Assembly (NCBI GenBank): GCA_022826205.1
Contig: JAJDVJ010000185.1
Location: 23,661-55,660 of the forward strand
Length of the DNA stretch: 32,000 nucleotides
Direction: 5' to 3'
Source: Silicimonas sp.
GTDB taxonomy: Bacteria; Pseudomonadota; Alphaproteobacteria; Rhodobacterales; Rhodobacteraceae
Under the pieces are notes generated by a model. The model saw only the letters and a program-made list of their open reading frames with translations, did not search any database and had not been told where the DNA came from. This document shows, piece by piece, positions 1 through 8,983 of this stretch. The position numbers and the translations under genes are program-made. How positions within the stretch are numbered: position 1 is the first letter of the stretch; each line of letters starts with the position of its first letter.

Positions 1-771
1 TATCCGGCCCCGGAGAACCTGGTGCAGTTCGAGGCGGACCCCCGCTTCACGGTTCTGGCCGGCAACACGGAAGGCGAAACCATCCTTGCGATCAACAACA
101 AGATGGAGCCCTTCGGCGACGTCCGCGTGCGCAAGGCCGTCAGCATGGCGATAGACCGTCAGGCGATCATTGACGGAGCCATGTTCGGATACGGCACGCC
201 CATCGGAACCCACTTTGCACCGCATCACCCCGACTATGTCGACCTGACCGGGAACGCGCCACATGACCCGGAAGCCGCCAAGGCGCTTCTGGCCGAAGCG
301 GGATATCCCGACGGCTTCGAAACCACGCTCAAGCTGCCGCCGCCATCCTACGCGCGCCGCGGCGGCGAGATCATCGCCGCGCAATTGCGCGAGATCGGAA
401 TCGAGACCGAGATATCCAACCTAGAATGGGCGCAGTGGCTGGAACAGGTGTTTCGCGGCTACGACTACGGGCTGACCATCGTCAGCCACACCGAGCCCAT
501 GGACATCGGTATATACGCTCGCCCGACATACTACTTCCAGTATGACAACCCGGCGTTCCAGGCGTTGATCAACGACTTGAGCGTCGAAAACGACCCGGCC
601 ACGCGCTCCGCAATGCTTATGGAGGCGCAAAAGACGATCTCGGAAGACTATGTCAACGGCTTTCTCTTCCAGTTGGCACTCACCTCGGTTGTGGACGCAA
701 GGCTGGACGGCATCTGGCCCGACGCTCCGACGCAGGCCGTGGACCTGACCGGAGTCAGCTGGACGGAGTGA
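1..771 (+). CDS. ABC transporter substrate-binding protein, family 5 (Dpp/Opp peptide/nickel type), C-terminal part; 5' end outside the window
   Basis: The frame is open from base 1 (YPAPENL precedes the GTG at 22 used by the ORF track) and ends at TGA 771. It is followed directly by DppB/DppC-like permeases and an ATPase. GC3-rich codon pattern. Confidence 0.8.
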   Translation, partial: YPAPENLVQFEADPRFTVLAGNTEGETILAINNKMEPFGDVRVRKAVSMAIDRQAIIDGAMFGYGTPIGTHFAPHHPDYVDLTGNAPHDPEAAKALLAEAGYPDGFETTLKLPPPSYARRGGEIIAAQLREIGIETEISNLEWAQWLEQVFRGYDYGLTIVSHTEPMDIGIYARPTYYFQYDNPAFQALINDLSVENDPATRSAMLMEAQKTISEDYVNGFLFQLALTSVVDARLDGIWPDAPTQAVDLTGVSWTE

Positions 772-792
772 CCATGCGAGCAGTCGGCTGAC

Positions 793-1740
793 ATGCTGCG
801 TTACACCGTCAAGCGACTGGGCTCGCTTCTGGCCTCACTGGTCGTTGCGAGCCTGGTCATTTTTGCATGCATCGAAGTCGTGCCGGGCGATCCGGCCTCC
901 TTCATGCTGGGCATCAATGCACAGCCGGACACGGTGGCCGCCCTCAGGGAAGAGCTTGGCCTGAACAGGGCGCCGCACGAGCGCTACATCGCCTGGGTCG
1001 GCGGCCTGGTGACCGGAGACTTCGGCACGTCCTACACCTACCGCTCTCCCGTGTCCGAGATCGTGGTCGAACGACTTGCGATTTCGCTCCCCCTCGCGAT
1101 CTATGCGCTCAGCCTCACGATCCTTGTCGCCTTTCCGGTCGGCATCCTGGCGGCGACGCGGCGCGGGTCGCTGACCGACATTTCAGTCATGGCGACCACG
1201 CAGCTGGGAGTCGCGATTCCCAATTTCTGGTTCGCGCTCCTGATGGTTCTCGTCTTCGCGGTCAACTTGCGCTGGTTTTCGGCAGGCGGCTTCCCGGGGT
1301 GGGACGCGGGGATCCCGGCCGCCGTCAAGGCGCTGACGCTCCCCGCAATCGCGCTCGCGCTTCCGCAGGCATCCATCCTGGCGCGCGTAATGCGCTCTTC
1401 GCTGCTCGACACCCTGTCGGAAGACTATATCCGAACCGCCCGAGCGAAGGGCCTCACGGGACGTCAGGCGCTCCGGAAGCATGCGCTCCGCAACGCCTTG
1501 ATCCCGGTGCTGACAATCATCGGCCTTCAGTTCTCGTTTCTGCTGGCCGGCGCGATCATCATTGAGAATGTCTTCTTTCTTCCCGGCCTTGGCAGGCTCG
1601 TGTTCCAGGCCATCTCTCAGCGCGACCTGATCGTGGTCGAAAGCGTGGTGATGATTCTGGTCTTTGCCGTGATCATCGTGAATTTCCTGGTCGATCTTGC
1701 CTATGCCTGGGTGGATCCGCGCCTGAGATCGCGCACATGA
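793..1740 (+). CDS. ABC transporter permease (DppB/OppB-like)
   Basis: 315 aa with multiple hydrophobic helices. Permease EAA-loop region YIRTARAKGLTGRQALRKHALRNALIPV. ATGA overlap with the next permease gene. Confidence 0.9.
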   Translation: MLRYTVKRLGSLLASLVVASLVIFACIEVVPGDPASFMLGINAQPDTVAALREELGLNRAPHERYIAWVGGLVTGDFGTSYTYRSPVSEIVVERLAISLPLAIYALSLTILVAFPVGILAATRRGSLTDISVMATTQLGVAIPNFWFALLMVLVFAVNLRWFSAGGFPGWDAGIPAAVKALTLPAIALALPQASILARVMRSSLLDTLSEDYIRTARAKGLTGRQALRKHALRNALIPVLTIIGLQFSFLLAGAIIIENVFFLPGLGRLVFQAISQRDLIVVESVVMILVFAVIIVNFLVDLAYAWVDPRLRSRT

Positions 1741-2579
1741 CGGAGGAAAGGCTGTTTCGCGCGGCATTGCGGTCACGGAACCTCGTCGTGGGGAACCTGC
1801 TTGCTGCAGCCTTTGCGATCGGGGCACTGCTGTCCCTGTTCTGGACCCCGTATGACGTTACCGAGCTCGCCATCGCCACAAGGCTCCAGGCACCATCTGC
1901 AGTTCACTGGTTCGGAACGGACCACTTCGGTCGGGACATCCTCTCGATGATCATGGTTGGCGCGCAGACCTCGATCGCGGTCGCGATCGTTGCGGTTGGA
2001 ATCGGCATGGGCATTGGCGTACCTCTTGGCCTGGCGGCGGCGGCACGGCGCGGCAGCCTTCTTGACGAGACCATCATGCGTAGCAACGACCTGGTCTTCG
2101 CGTTCCCAAGCCTCCTCATCGCGATCATGATCACGACCGTATTCGGGCCGTCGGCGCTGAACGCGATCATCGCGATCGGCATCTTCAACATCCCGGTGTT
2201 CGCACGCCTGACGCGCGGAGCGGCGCTCCCGCTCTGGACCCGGGACTACATCCTGTCAGCGCGGGTTTCCGGAAAGGGGCCGGTGCGGATTTCGGTCGAG
2301 CACATCCTGCCAAACGTGACCAATCTCCTGATCGTTCAGGGCACGATCCAGTTTTCGCTGGGGATTCTCGCTGAAGCGGCGCTGAGCTACGTTGGTCTGG
2401 GAGTGCAGCCCCCCACACCCTCCTGGGGCCGAATGCTTGCGGACAGCCAGACGCTGATCGCGATCGCACCGCACATGGCGATGTTTCCCGGCTTCGCCAT
2501 ACTCCTGACGGTGCTTGGACTCAACCTTGCGGGCGACGGCCTGTGCGACCTCCTCGATCCTCGGATCCGGAACGCTTAG
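1737..2579 (+). CDS. ABC transporter permease (DppC/OppC-like)
   Basis: 280 aa hydrophobic protein with the conserved loop DYILSARVSGKGPVRISVEHILPNV. Start overlaps the stop of the previous gene (ATGA at 1737-1740). Confidence 0.9.
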   Translation: MTEERLFRAALRSRNLVVGNLLAAAFAIGALLSLFWTPYDVTELAIATRLQAPSAVHWFGTDHFGRDILSMIMVGAQTSIAVAIVAVGIGMGIGVPLGLAAAARRGSLLDETIMRSNDLVFAFPSLLIAIMITTVFGPSALNAIIAIGIFNIPVFARLTRGAALPLWTRDYILSARVSGKGPVRISVEHILPNVTNLLIVQGTIQFSLGILAEAALSYVGLGVQPPTPSWGRMLADSQTLIAIAPHMAMFPGFAILLTVLGLNLAGDGLCDLLDPRIRNA

Positions 2580-2581
2580 CC

Positions 2582-4138
2582 GTGACGCTTCTCGATATCC
2601 ATAACCTGGCCTTGTCGATCCACGGAACGCCCATCCTGAAGGGAATCTCGCTCGACATTGCGCCAGGAGAGGTCTGCGGCGTGATCGGTGAGAGCGGCTC
2701 GGGAAAGTCGCTCACCGCGCTTTCGGCGATGCAGCTTCTTCCTGAGGGCTCGGACTGCAGCGGACAGATCACCATCGCTGGCCGCGACGTCCTCTCAATG
2801 CGCGAATCCGAGCTTTGCAGCATGCGTGGTGCAGACGTCGGCATGGTTTTCCAGGAACCCATGACGGCATTGAATCCGGTCCAGACGATCGGGCACCAGG
2901 TTGCCGAGACCATCTTGATCCATGAAGGCACAAGCAAGGCCGAGGCAATGTCCCACGCAGCCGAGACGCTCGCCCGCTGCGAGCTGCCGCAGTCCAGGTT
3001 CCCGCTCGATCGCTATCCGCACGAGCTTTCCGGGGGACAGCGGCAGCGGGTCGTCATCGCCATCGCCATAGCGCTCGGCCCAAAGCTCCTCATCGCCGAC
3101 GAACCAACGACCGCGCTTGACGTCACGACCCAGGCCGAAATCCTTTCGCTCCTTCGACGTCTCGTGGACGAGGACGGCATGGGCCTCATGCTGATCTCGC
3201 ATGACCTTGCGGTCGTGACAGGCCTCGCTGACGATGTCTTCATCATGAAGGACGGGGAAGTCGTGGAACGGAGGACCGCCCGTACGCTCCACCGTGACAT
3301 GACGCACCCTTACACCAAGGCGCTCTTCGAGGCTTCAGGCCACCAGCCAGATCGCACGGATTCGCAGATCGAGGGGTCCCTCCTGAAGGTCGAGAACGTT
3401 TCACGCGACTACCTGCTGCCACGTCGCACGTTTCTTGGCGCGCACCCTACAATGCGCGCCGTCGACGACGTGCGTTTCGAGATTCGCCGTGGCGAATGCG
3501 TGGGCCTTGTGGGCGAAAGCGGCTGCGGCAAGTCCACGCTGACGCGTGCGATTCTGGGACTTGAGCCCGTCCAGGAAGGGCGAATCACTCTCGACGGCCG
3601 GGACGTGTTCACCGAACCGGATGTCCGCCGAAAGATGCAAGTCGTGTTCCAGGATCCGTTTGGATCGTTCAATCCGCGCCACAGGGTTGCCCGGCTGGTC
3701 AGCGAGCCGTTTCATCGTCTCAACCGTGCGGCGACGACGGACGAAGTCGACGAGGCGTTGACGTCCGTAGGACTGGCACCGAGTGACAAGCACAAGTACA
3801 TACACGAGTTTTCCGGGGGACAGCGGCAGCGCATCGCCATCGCACGCGCGTTGATCATTCGCCCGGAGCTCATCATTCTCGACGAGGCCGTTTCAGCGCT
3901 CGACGTTTCGATCCGGGCTCAGATCCTCGATCTCCTGGTCGACCTGTCGGTCACGTACGGCCTGACCTACCTGTTCATCACGCATGACCTGACGGTGGTC
4001 CGTTCGATCGCCGACCGGATCCTCGTCATGCATGCAGGCCGGATCGTCGAACAGGGGAACACGGACGAAGTGTTCGAGGCCCCGCGCGACGCCTACACCC
4101 GTCGACTGCTCGATGCAGCTCCGAAACTGCCCGTGTGA
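2582..4138 (+). CDS. ABC transporter ATP-binding protein, fused double ATPase (DppD/DppF-like halves in one chain)
   Basis: Two Walker A motifs (GESGSGKS, GESGCGKS), two ABC signatures (LSGGQRQR, FSGGQRQR) and two Walker B motifs (LLIADEPTTALD, LIILDEAVSALD). I prefer the GTG at 2582, 2 nt after the DppC stop. The track's ATG at 2543 would overlap the permease by 37 nt. Confidence 0.88.
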   Translation: MTLLDIHNLALSIHGTPILKGISLDIAPGEVCGVIGESGSGKSLTALSAMQLLPEGSDCSGQITIAGRDVLSMRESELCSMRGADVGMVFQEPMTALNPVQTIGHQVAETILIHEGTSKAEAMSHAAETLARCELPQSRFPLDRYPHELSGGQRQRVVIAIAIALGPKLLIADEPTTALDVTTQAEILSLLRRLVDEDGMGLMLISHDLAVVTGLADDVFIMKDGEVVERRTARTLHRDMTHPYTKALFEASGHQPDRTDSQIEGSLLKVENVSRDYLLPRRTFLGAHPTMRAVDDVRFEIRRGECVGLVGESGCGKSTLTRAILGLEPVQEGRITLDGRDVFTEPDVRRKMQVVFQDPFGSFNPRHRVARLVSEPFHRLNRAATTDEVDEALTSVGLAPSDKHKYIHEFSGGQRQRIAIARALIIRPELIILDEAVSALDVSIRAQILDLLVDLSVTYGLTYLFITHDLTVVRSIADRILVMHAGRIVEQGNTDEVFEAPRDAYTRRLLDAAPKLPV

Positions 4139-4154
4139 TGCAAGGAGGACAGAC

Positions 4155-5609
4155 ATGACATTCAAATCCCTCCTCTCCCGAACCGATTGCCGCTTCATTG
4201 ACGGCCGCTGGGTGCCGGCAGGCGAAGGCAGGACGCTCGCACTGAACGATCCTTCCGTGGGCAAGCCGCTCTGCGAGATCGCCCGCTGCGACGCAGGTGA
4301 CGTTGACGACGCCATCACGTCAGCCAGGGCATCGCTTGCGAGCGAATGGGGCGCGGCCACGGCGGCAGAGCGCGGGCGCATCCTGTGCCAGATCGGGCAG
4401 GAGGTGCTGAACCAGGTCGACACACTGGCCAGGATGGAGGCCATGGATGTTGGCAAGCCGCTTGCGCAGGCACGCGCGGACGCCGTCGCGCTTTCCCGTT
4501 ACATGGAGTTCTACGGCGGTGCCGCCGACAAGCTGCACGGCGAGACCATCCCCTATCTGGACGGCTACACGGTGTACACGCTTCGCGAACCTCACGGCGT
4601 CACGGGGCACATCATCCCCTGGAACTATCCGATGCAGATCATCGGCCGCTCGGTCGGCGCCGCACTTGCGACGGGCAACGCGTGTGTTCTCAAGCCCTCC
4701 GAAGACGCCTGCCTCACGGCCCTTGCCTTCACGGAACTCGCGTCCCGTGCAGGGCTGCCACCGGGCGCGCTCAACGTAGTCCCGGGGCTCGGCGAGGAGG
4801 CCGGATCCGCGCTTTCGGCGCATCCAGGCGTTGACCACGTCTCGTTCACCGGATCGGTTGCCGTCGGCAAGATGATCCAGGCGGCCGCGGCAGCGCATGT
4901 CGTGCCCGTCACGCTCGAACTGGGCGGCAAGTCTCCGCAGGTCGTATTTGCGGATGCGGACATTGAAGCCGCCCTGCCGTTTCTCGTGAATGCGGGCATT
5001 CAGAACGCGGGCCAGACGTGTTCCGCATCTTCCCGCATCCTGATCGAGCGATCACGCCATGACGAAGTGGTGGCCCTGATGACGGAGCGTTACACTGCGT
5101 TGCGCACCGGCCCCGCTCTATCCGACCTGGACGTCGGACCGCTGGTTTCGGACGCCCAGAAGTCAGTTGTCGAGGGGTTCCTTGCCGAAGGCTCTGCATC
5201 ACAGATCGTGGCGCAGGGCGAGATAGTCGAAGAGGCGCCTGAAGGCGGCGCCTATGTCGCCCCTACGCTATATGCGGGAGTCGAACCCGGGCACGTTCTC
5301 GCGCAGGACGAGATCTTCGGTCCCGTTCAAGTGGTCATTCCGTTTGATGACGAAGATCACGCAACGGCCATTGCGAACGGCACGAAATACGGACTTGTCG
5401 CGTCGTGCTGGACGCGGGACGGCGCACGCCAGATGCGCATGGCCAGAAAGCTCCGTGCCGGCCAGGTCTTCCTCAACAACTACGGCGCGGGCGGCGGCGT
5501 GGAACTCCCGTTCGGAGGGCGTGGCCTGTCGGGACATGGACGGGAAAAGGGATTCGAGGCCATGTACGGCTTCACCGCTCTGAAGACCGTTGCAGCGCTG
5601 CATGGATAG
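4155..5609 (+). CDS. NAD(P)-dependent aldehyde dehydrogenase
   Basis: ALDH motifs present: ELGGKSP (catalytic Glu region), GQTCSASSR (catalytic Cys) and EIFGPV. ATG 4155 is preceded by AAGGAGG (4142-4148). The track's start at 4032 lies inside the ATPase gene. Confidence 0.92.
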   Translation: MTFKSLLSRTDCRFIDGRWVPAGEGRTLALNDPSVGKPLCEIARCDAGDVDDAITSARASLASEWGAATAAERGRILCQIGQEVLNQVDTLARMEAMDVGKPLAQARADAVALSRYMEFYGGAADKLHGETIPYLDGYTVYTLREPHGVTGHIIPWNYPMQIIGRSVGAALATGNACVLKPSEDACLTALAFTELASRAGLPPGALNVVPGLGEEAGSALSAHPGVDHVSFTGSVAVGKMIQAAAAAHVVPVTLELGGKSPQVVFADADIEAALPFLVNAGIQNAGQTCSASSRILIERSRHDEVVALMTERYTALRTGPALSDLDVGPLVSDAQKSVVEGFLAEGSASQIVAQGEIVEEAPEGGAYVAPTLYAGVEPGHVLAQDEIFGPVQVVIPFDDEDHATAIANGTKYGLVASCWTRDGARQMRMARKLRAGQVFLNNYGAGGGVELPFGGRGLSGHGREKGFEAMYGFTALKTVAALHG

Positions 5610-5618
5610 GGGACCCAC

Positions 5619-6359
5619 ATGCGATTGAAAGGAAAGGCTGCCATCGTGACCGGGGGCGCATCCGGATTCGGAGCCGGCATCGCCGGCAAATTCCTTGCGG
5701 AAGGCGCACGAGTGATGATCGCAGACGTGAACGGCAATGCCGCCGACGCGAAAGCGCGGGAGCTTGGCTGCGAGGCCATCGAGACTGACGTCGCAAGCGA
5801 CGGTGACGTTGCCGCAATGGTAGCTTCTGCGCGCTCGGCATTCGGGAAGATCGACATACTCGTCAACAATGCCGGGGTGACGCACCTGCCCGCACCACTG
5901 GACGAGGTCAGCGAGGCGGATTTCGACCGCGTATTCGCCGTCAACTGCAAGTCGGTCTACCTGACGGCCCGGCATATCGTGCCTGAATTAAGGGAACAGG
6001 GTTCCGGCACAATCCTCAACGTGGCGTCGACGGCCGGCGTAAGCCCGAGACCTCGGCTCAACTGGTACAATGCGTCCAAGGGCTGGATGAACACGGCAAC
6101 CAAGACAATGGCGGTCGAACTGGCTCCCGTCGGCATCCGCGTGAACGCGCTGAATCCCGTGGCGGGCGAAACGCCGCTCCTGAAGAGCTTTCTCGGAGAG
6201 GACACACCGGAAATGCGGACTAAATTCCTCGCGACGATACCATTGGGCAGGTTCTCGACGCCTGAGGACATTGGCAACGCGGCCTGCTATCTTTGCTCCG
6301 ACGAGGCCAGCATGGTGACCGGGGTCTGTCTTGAAGTTGACGGCGGGCGCTGCATCTGA
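5619..6359 (+). CDS. Short-chain dehydrogenase/reductase (SDR) family oxidoreductase
   Basis: 246 aa with TGGASGFGAGIA (TGxxxGxG), NNAG and YNASK (YxxxK), giving the classical SDR layout. Starts 9 nt after the ALDH stop. Confidence 0.9.
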   Translation: MRLKGKAAIVTGGASGFGAGIAGKFLAEGARVMIADVNGNAADAKARELGCEAIETDVASDGDVAAMVASARSAFGKIDILVNNAGVTHLPAPLDEVSEADFDRVFAVNCKSVYLTARHIVPELREQGSGTILNVASTAGVSPRPRLNWYNASKGWMNTATKTMAVELAPVGIRVNALNPVAGETPLLKSFLGEDTPEMRTKFLATIPLGRFSTPEDIGNAACYLCSDEASMVTGVCLEVDGGRCI

Positions 6360-6442
6360 ACCCCTGCCCGGACCGGCAGTCGCGGCCTCGAAACGGTGTG
6401 GCTGGGCCACTTCCCACGCATGCATTTGAAGGACGTGGAAAC

Positions 6443-7399
6443 CTACTCTTTCGAAACGGGAGGAGTTCCGTGTGTATGAAAGGTCTCGATCGTCTTAAGC
6501 CCCCAGGCCTGGCCTTTCCTGCGTTCGGACTCCGTCCAGGTGACAGGTTCCCAGTCCGGCTGCAGGATCAGGCGCGCACCTGAATTCGCCAGTTCCACGC
6601 GATTGCCGGCGGGCTCCCAGACGTAAAGGAAAAACGTCCCTTGAATGGCGTGCTTGTGTGGTCCCGTCTCGATATGGACGCCGTTCTCGAGGAATATGTC
6701 CGCCGCACGCAGGACATCCTCCCTTTGGTCGCAAGCATAGGTCAGGTGGTGGAATCGCCCGTTCCCGCCGCCATGTTCTTCAGTGCAGGCAAGATCATAC
6801 GTCTTGTTGTTCACGGTGAACCAGCAGCCGCCAAGCCGGCCGTTGTCGAGAAGGATCTGCTCGGTGACGCGTGACCCGAGAGTCGCAATCATGAAGTCCC
6901 GAAACGCGGTGACGTCTTCGGCGAGAAGGTTCACGTGATCCAAGCGTCTCGGGCAGCATCCCTGCCCGTGATATCGCTGGGCAATGTTTTTCAGCGCCGG
7001 GCGTTCGCCTTCGGGCGCCTCGAACTTCCGAGTCTCCCAATAGATCTCGAACACGTGCCCGAAGGGATCCTCGAATCGAAATGCCGGGCCATGACCAAGG
7101 TCACCGTCGGTCCAGCCGGAAACCTGGCATCCCGATGCGTTGATCGCTGCCACGCGCCGATCGAGAGCCTCCGGCGACGACACGCGATAGGCGACATGAC
7201 CGACGCCCGTGGTGTGGCGCTGCGTCAGCTTGAGCGTTTGAAATTCATAGTCGTCAAAGGCTCGGAGATAGACGCTGTCGTCGTCGCGACCGCTCTCCGT
7301 CAGCCCGTAGACGCGAACAAAGAAGTCGAGGCTTTCCTCGAACCTGTCGGTATAAAGTTCCACGTGGCCTAAGTGGGCAACATCATTGGTAGGGTTCAT
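6443..7399 (-). CDS. Extradiol ring-cleavage dioxygenase, catechol 2,3-dioxygenase-like (two VOC/glyoxalase-fold domains)
   Basis: Two-domain layout: LGHVELYT...HVAYRV in the N-terminal half; RLDHVNLL...HHLTYAC...YVWEPAGNRVEL in the C-terminal half. ATG 7399 sits 6 nt after GGGAGA; in-frame ATGs at 7405 and 7426 are less well placed. Confidence 0.85.
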   Translation of the reverse strand: MNPTNDVAHLGHVELYTDRFEESLDFFVRVYGLTESGRDDDSVYLRAFDDYEFQTLKLTQRHTTGVGHVAYRVSSPEALDRRVAAINASGCQVSGWTDGDLGHGPAFRFEDPFGHVFEIYWETRKFEAPEGERPALKNIAQRYHGQGCCPRRLDHVNLLAEDVTAFRDFMIATLGSRVTEQILLDNGRLGGCWFTVNNKTYDLACTEEHGGGNGRFHHLTYACDQREDVLRAADIFLENGVHIETGPHKHAIQGTFFLYVWEPAGNRVELANSGARLILQPDWEPVTWTESERRKGQAWGLKTIETFHTHGTPPVSKE

Positions 7400-7915
7400 C
7401 TGCATTCTCCCGGCATGATGACGCACGGCGCCGCGGTGTCGATGATCGGATGCTGGAATGAATGCTACACAGGGGTACAGACAACCGCCAGCGTCGCTCG
7501 ATGATCAGACGACCGCTTCAACCGTGGTCGCCCAGCGCTTTCTGACTTCACCCGCGCCTCATCCAGACACCCTACGGCGTCCTAGATCGCTGCGGCCAAT
7601 GTGCCGTTGTCCATGAAGGCCTCCTCAACGTCCGGGAACCTGACCCAAATCCCACATTCGCGTTACCTGCGAATGTTGATGGCGTTGCTGTATCGCGTTG
7701 CCATGATCGAAGTTCCCCGAAGCTCGTTCGATCGATTACGAATTCTCTGCACACGCTACAGAGCGTGCCCGCCGCAACACAACGTACCCGGGTGTAGATT
7801 TTGATTCGAGATAGGCAAGGGAATTCCTGCGCGGAATCATGTAGTTGAGTAGCTTAGTGACGCTAGGGTGCAGGCGGCACCTGGCGCATGATCAAGGAAA
7901 TTCGCTGATCCCGAT

Positions 7916-8317
7916 TCATGGCCCTTCCAGATTGGCGAGCGGGATGTTCATCGCTTGCGCGACATCGTTCATGCGTCGGTCATAGCTCGCGAGTTCCACA
8001 CTCTGACCCTGATCAGCCAAATATGCGCACGACGCCAGATGCAAGGCGTCGAGAGTCCGCAACTGGCTCGGGCCCGGAAAGGCATCCAGCGCCCGAGCCA
8101 AAACCAGCGAAGTCAACTCCAGCAGTGCGACACGTCCGACGATCTGGCGCGCCGTCTCGCCATGCGAATCTGCAAGACCACGTGTGTGCAGCGGCGTCCA
8201 AATCTCATATTCGATGAGTCGGCTCGACACCAAGGTCCCGTCCCAAAGGGAAACCGGAGGTTGCCGATCCTCAGACAGCAGCCAAGCCAGTGCGACGGAG
8301 GTGTCAAGATATATCAC
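7916..8317 (-). CDS. vapC: PIN-domain toxin (VapC-like ribonuclease) of a type II toxin-antitoxin pair
   Basis: 133 aa with acidic PIN residues in the expected places (MIYLDTSV..., ...LDALHLASC...). GTG start overlaps the upstream antitoxin stop (GTGA at 8314-8317). Confidence 0.85.
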   Translation of the reverse strand: MIYLDTSVALAWLLSEDRQPPVSLWDGTLVSSRLIEYEIWTPLHTRGLADSHGETARQIVGRVALLELTSLVLARALDAFPGPSQLRTLDALHLASCAYLADQGQSVELASYDRRMNDVAQAMNIPLANLEGP

Positions 8318-8607
8318 CGGTCACGCCTGCTCTCGTCGAGTTCAGCCAAGATCTCGTCCAAACAGGCGACCGGTGCGGGCCTAGGCGGCGGTCCCGAGCC
8401 CGCTAGCGTCGGCGGCGCAAGCACGCCAGACCGAACTGCCTCGGCTAAGAACGCATCGGCGAGGACCGAACTCCGGGTCTCCCTGAGCGGGCCCAATTCC
8501 GCCACCACAAGGTCACGATCGGTCACCAAAACCGTCTCGCCGGACGCCGCGAGCCGAACGTATTCGCTCAACTTGCTGTTCAGGACTTTGATGCCGACTG
8601 ATCTCAT
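8314..8607 (-). CDS. Type II antitoxin, Phd/YefM-like N-terminus
   Basis: 97 aa from ATG 8607. MRSVGIKVLNSKLSEYVRLAASGETVLVTDRDLVVAELGP matches the Phd/YefM pattern (elr..ls.yl..v..Ge.v.vt.r..pvA.l.p). Translationally coupled to the PIN gene. The track's 152-aa version (start 8772) adds a non-conserved extension. Confidence 0.75.
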   Translation of the reverse strand: MRSVGIKVLNSKLSEYVRLAASGETVLVTDRDLVVAELGPLRETRSSVLADAFLAEAVRSGVLAPPTLAGSGPPPRPAPVACLDEILAELDESRRDR

Positions 8608-8983
8608 GCATGAAAAGTAGCTACCGAGCGCGACTTCGTCAACCAGTAACACGTCTTTGCGCGCTGCCAAGCCGCGCACGAACCGCCAACGCTGTTGTTC
8701 CATGCCGTACGCGACGCCGGATTTCGCGAGTTTAGGTGAGGCGGCAAGGCGGCAAAGGCGAGCGAATGGCACCGCCTAGCCGCCAATGGCCTGCCTGCGG
8801 AATCAGTCGGGGCAATGTTGTGCGAGGGCAATACTGTGGCAATCAATGCCGCTGCGACACGCAACTACTACGGCCGCGACGGCGACGACTGCGTCGTCGT
8901 CGAAAAATGCGTCATCGGATGGCAGGGCATGGTCAACATTTCGTCCCGGTGCCGGGTTGTCACGCACGCGCTCGACTCCGAGA

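Noticed and set aside
4032-4154. Upstream extensions of ORF-track starts (4032 for ALDH, 25143 for xseA, 15398 for glyQ, 18660 for the GATase, 9763 for the hydrolase, 29035 for secG, 21316 for the methyltransferase, 8772 for the antitoxin)
   Set aside because: Each extension overlaps a neighbouring gene or lacks family-conserved sequence. An internal ATG, usually with a Shine-Dalgarno-like sequence, coincides with the start of the conserved N-terminus.
7572-7804. 60-aa (minus) and 67-aa (plus) ORFs in the spacer between the dioxygenase and vapC
   Set aside because: They overlap each other, show no GC3 bias or ribosome-binding site, and have no recognisable motifs. I treat the region as non-coding or decayed.
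8873-8904. Hairpin GCGACGAC-TGC-GTCGTCGT followed by GAAAAA
   Set aside because: There is no T-run on the 3' side of the hairpin on either strand, so it cannot be called an intrinsic terminator. It also falls inside the coding-like frame at 8815-8985.
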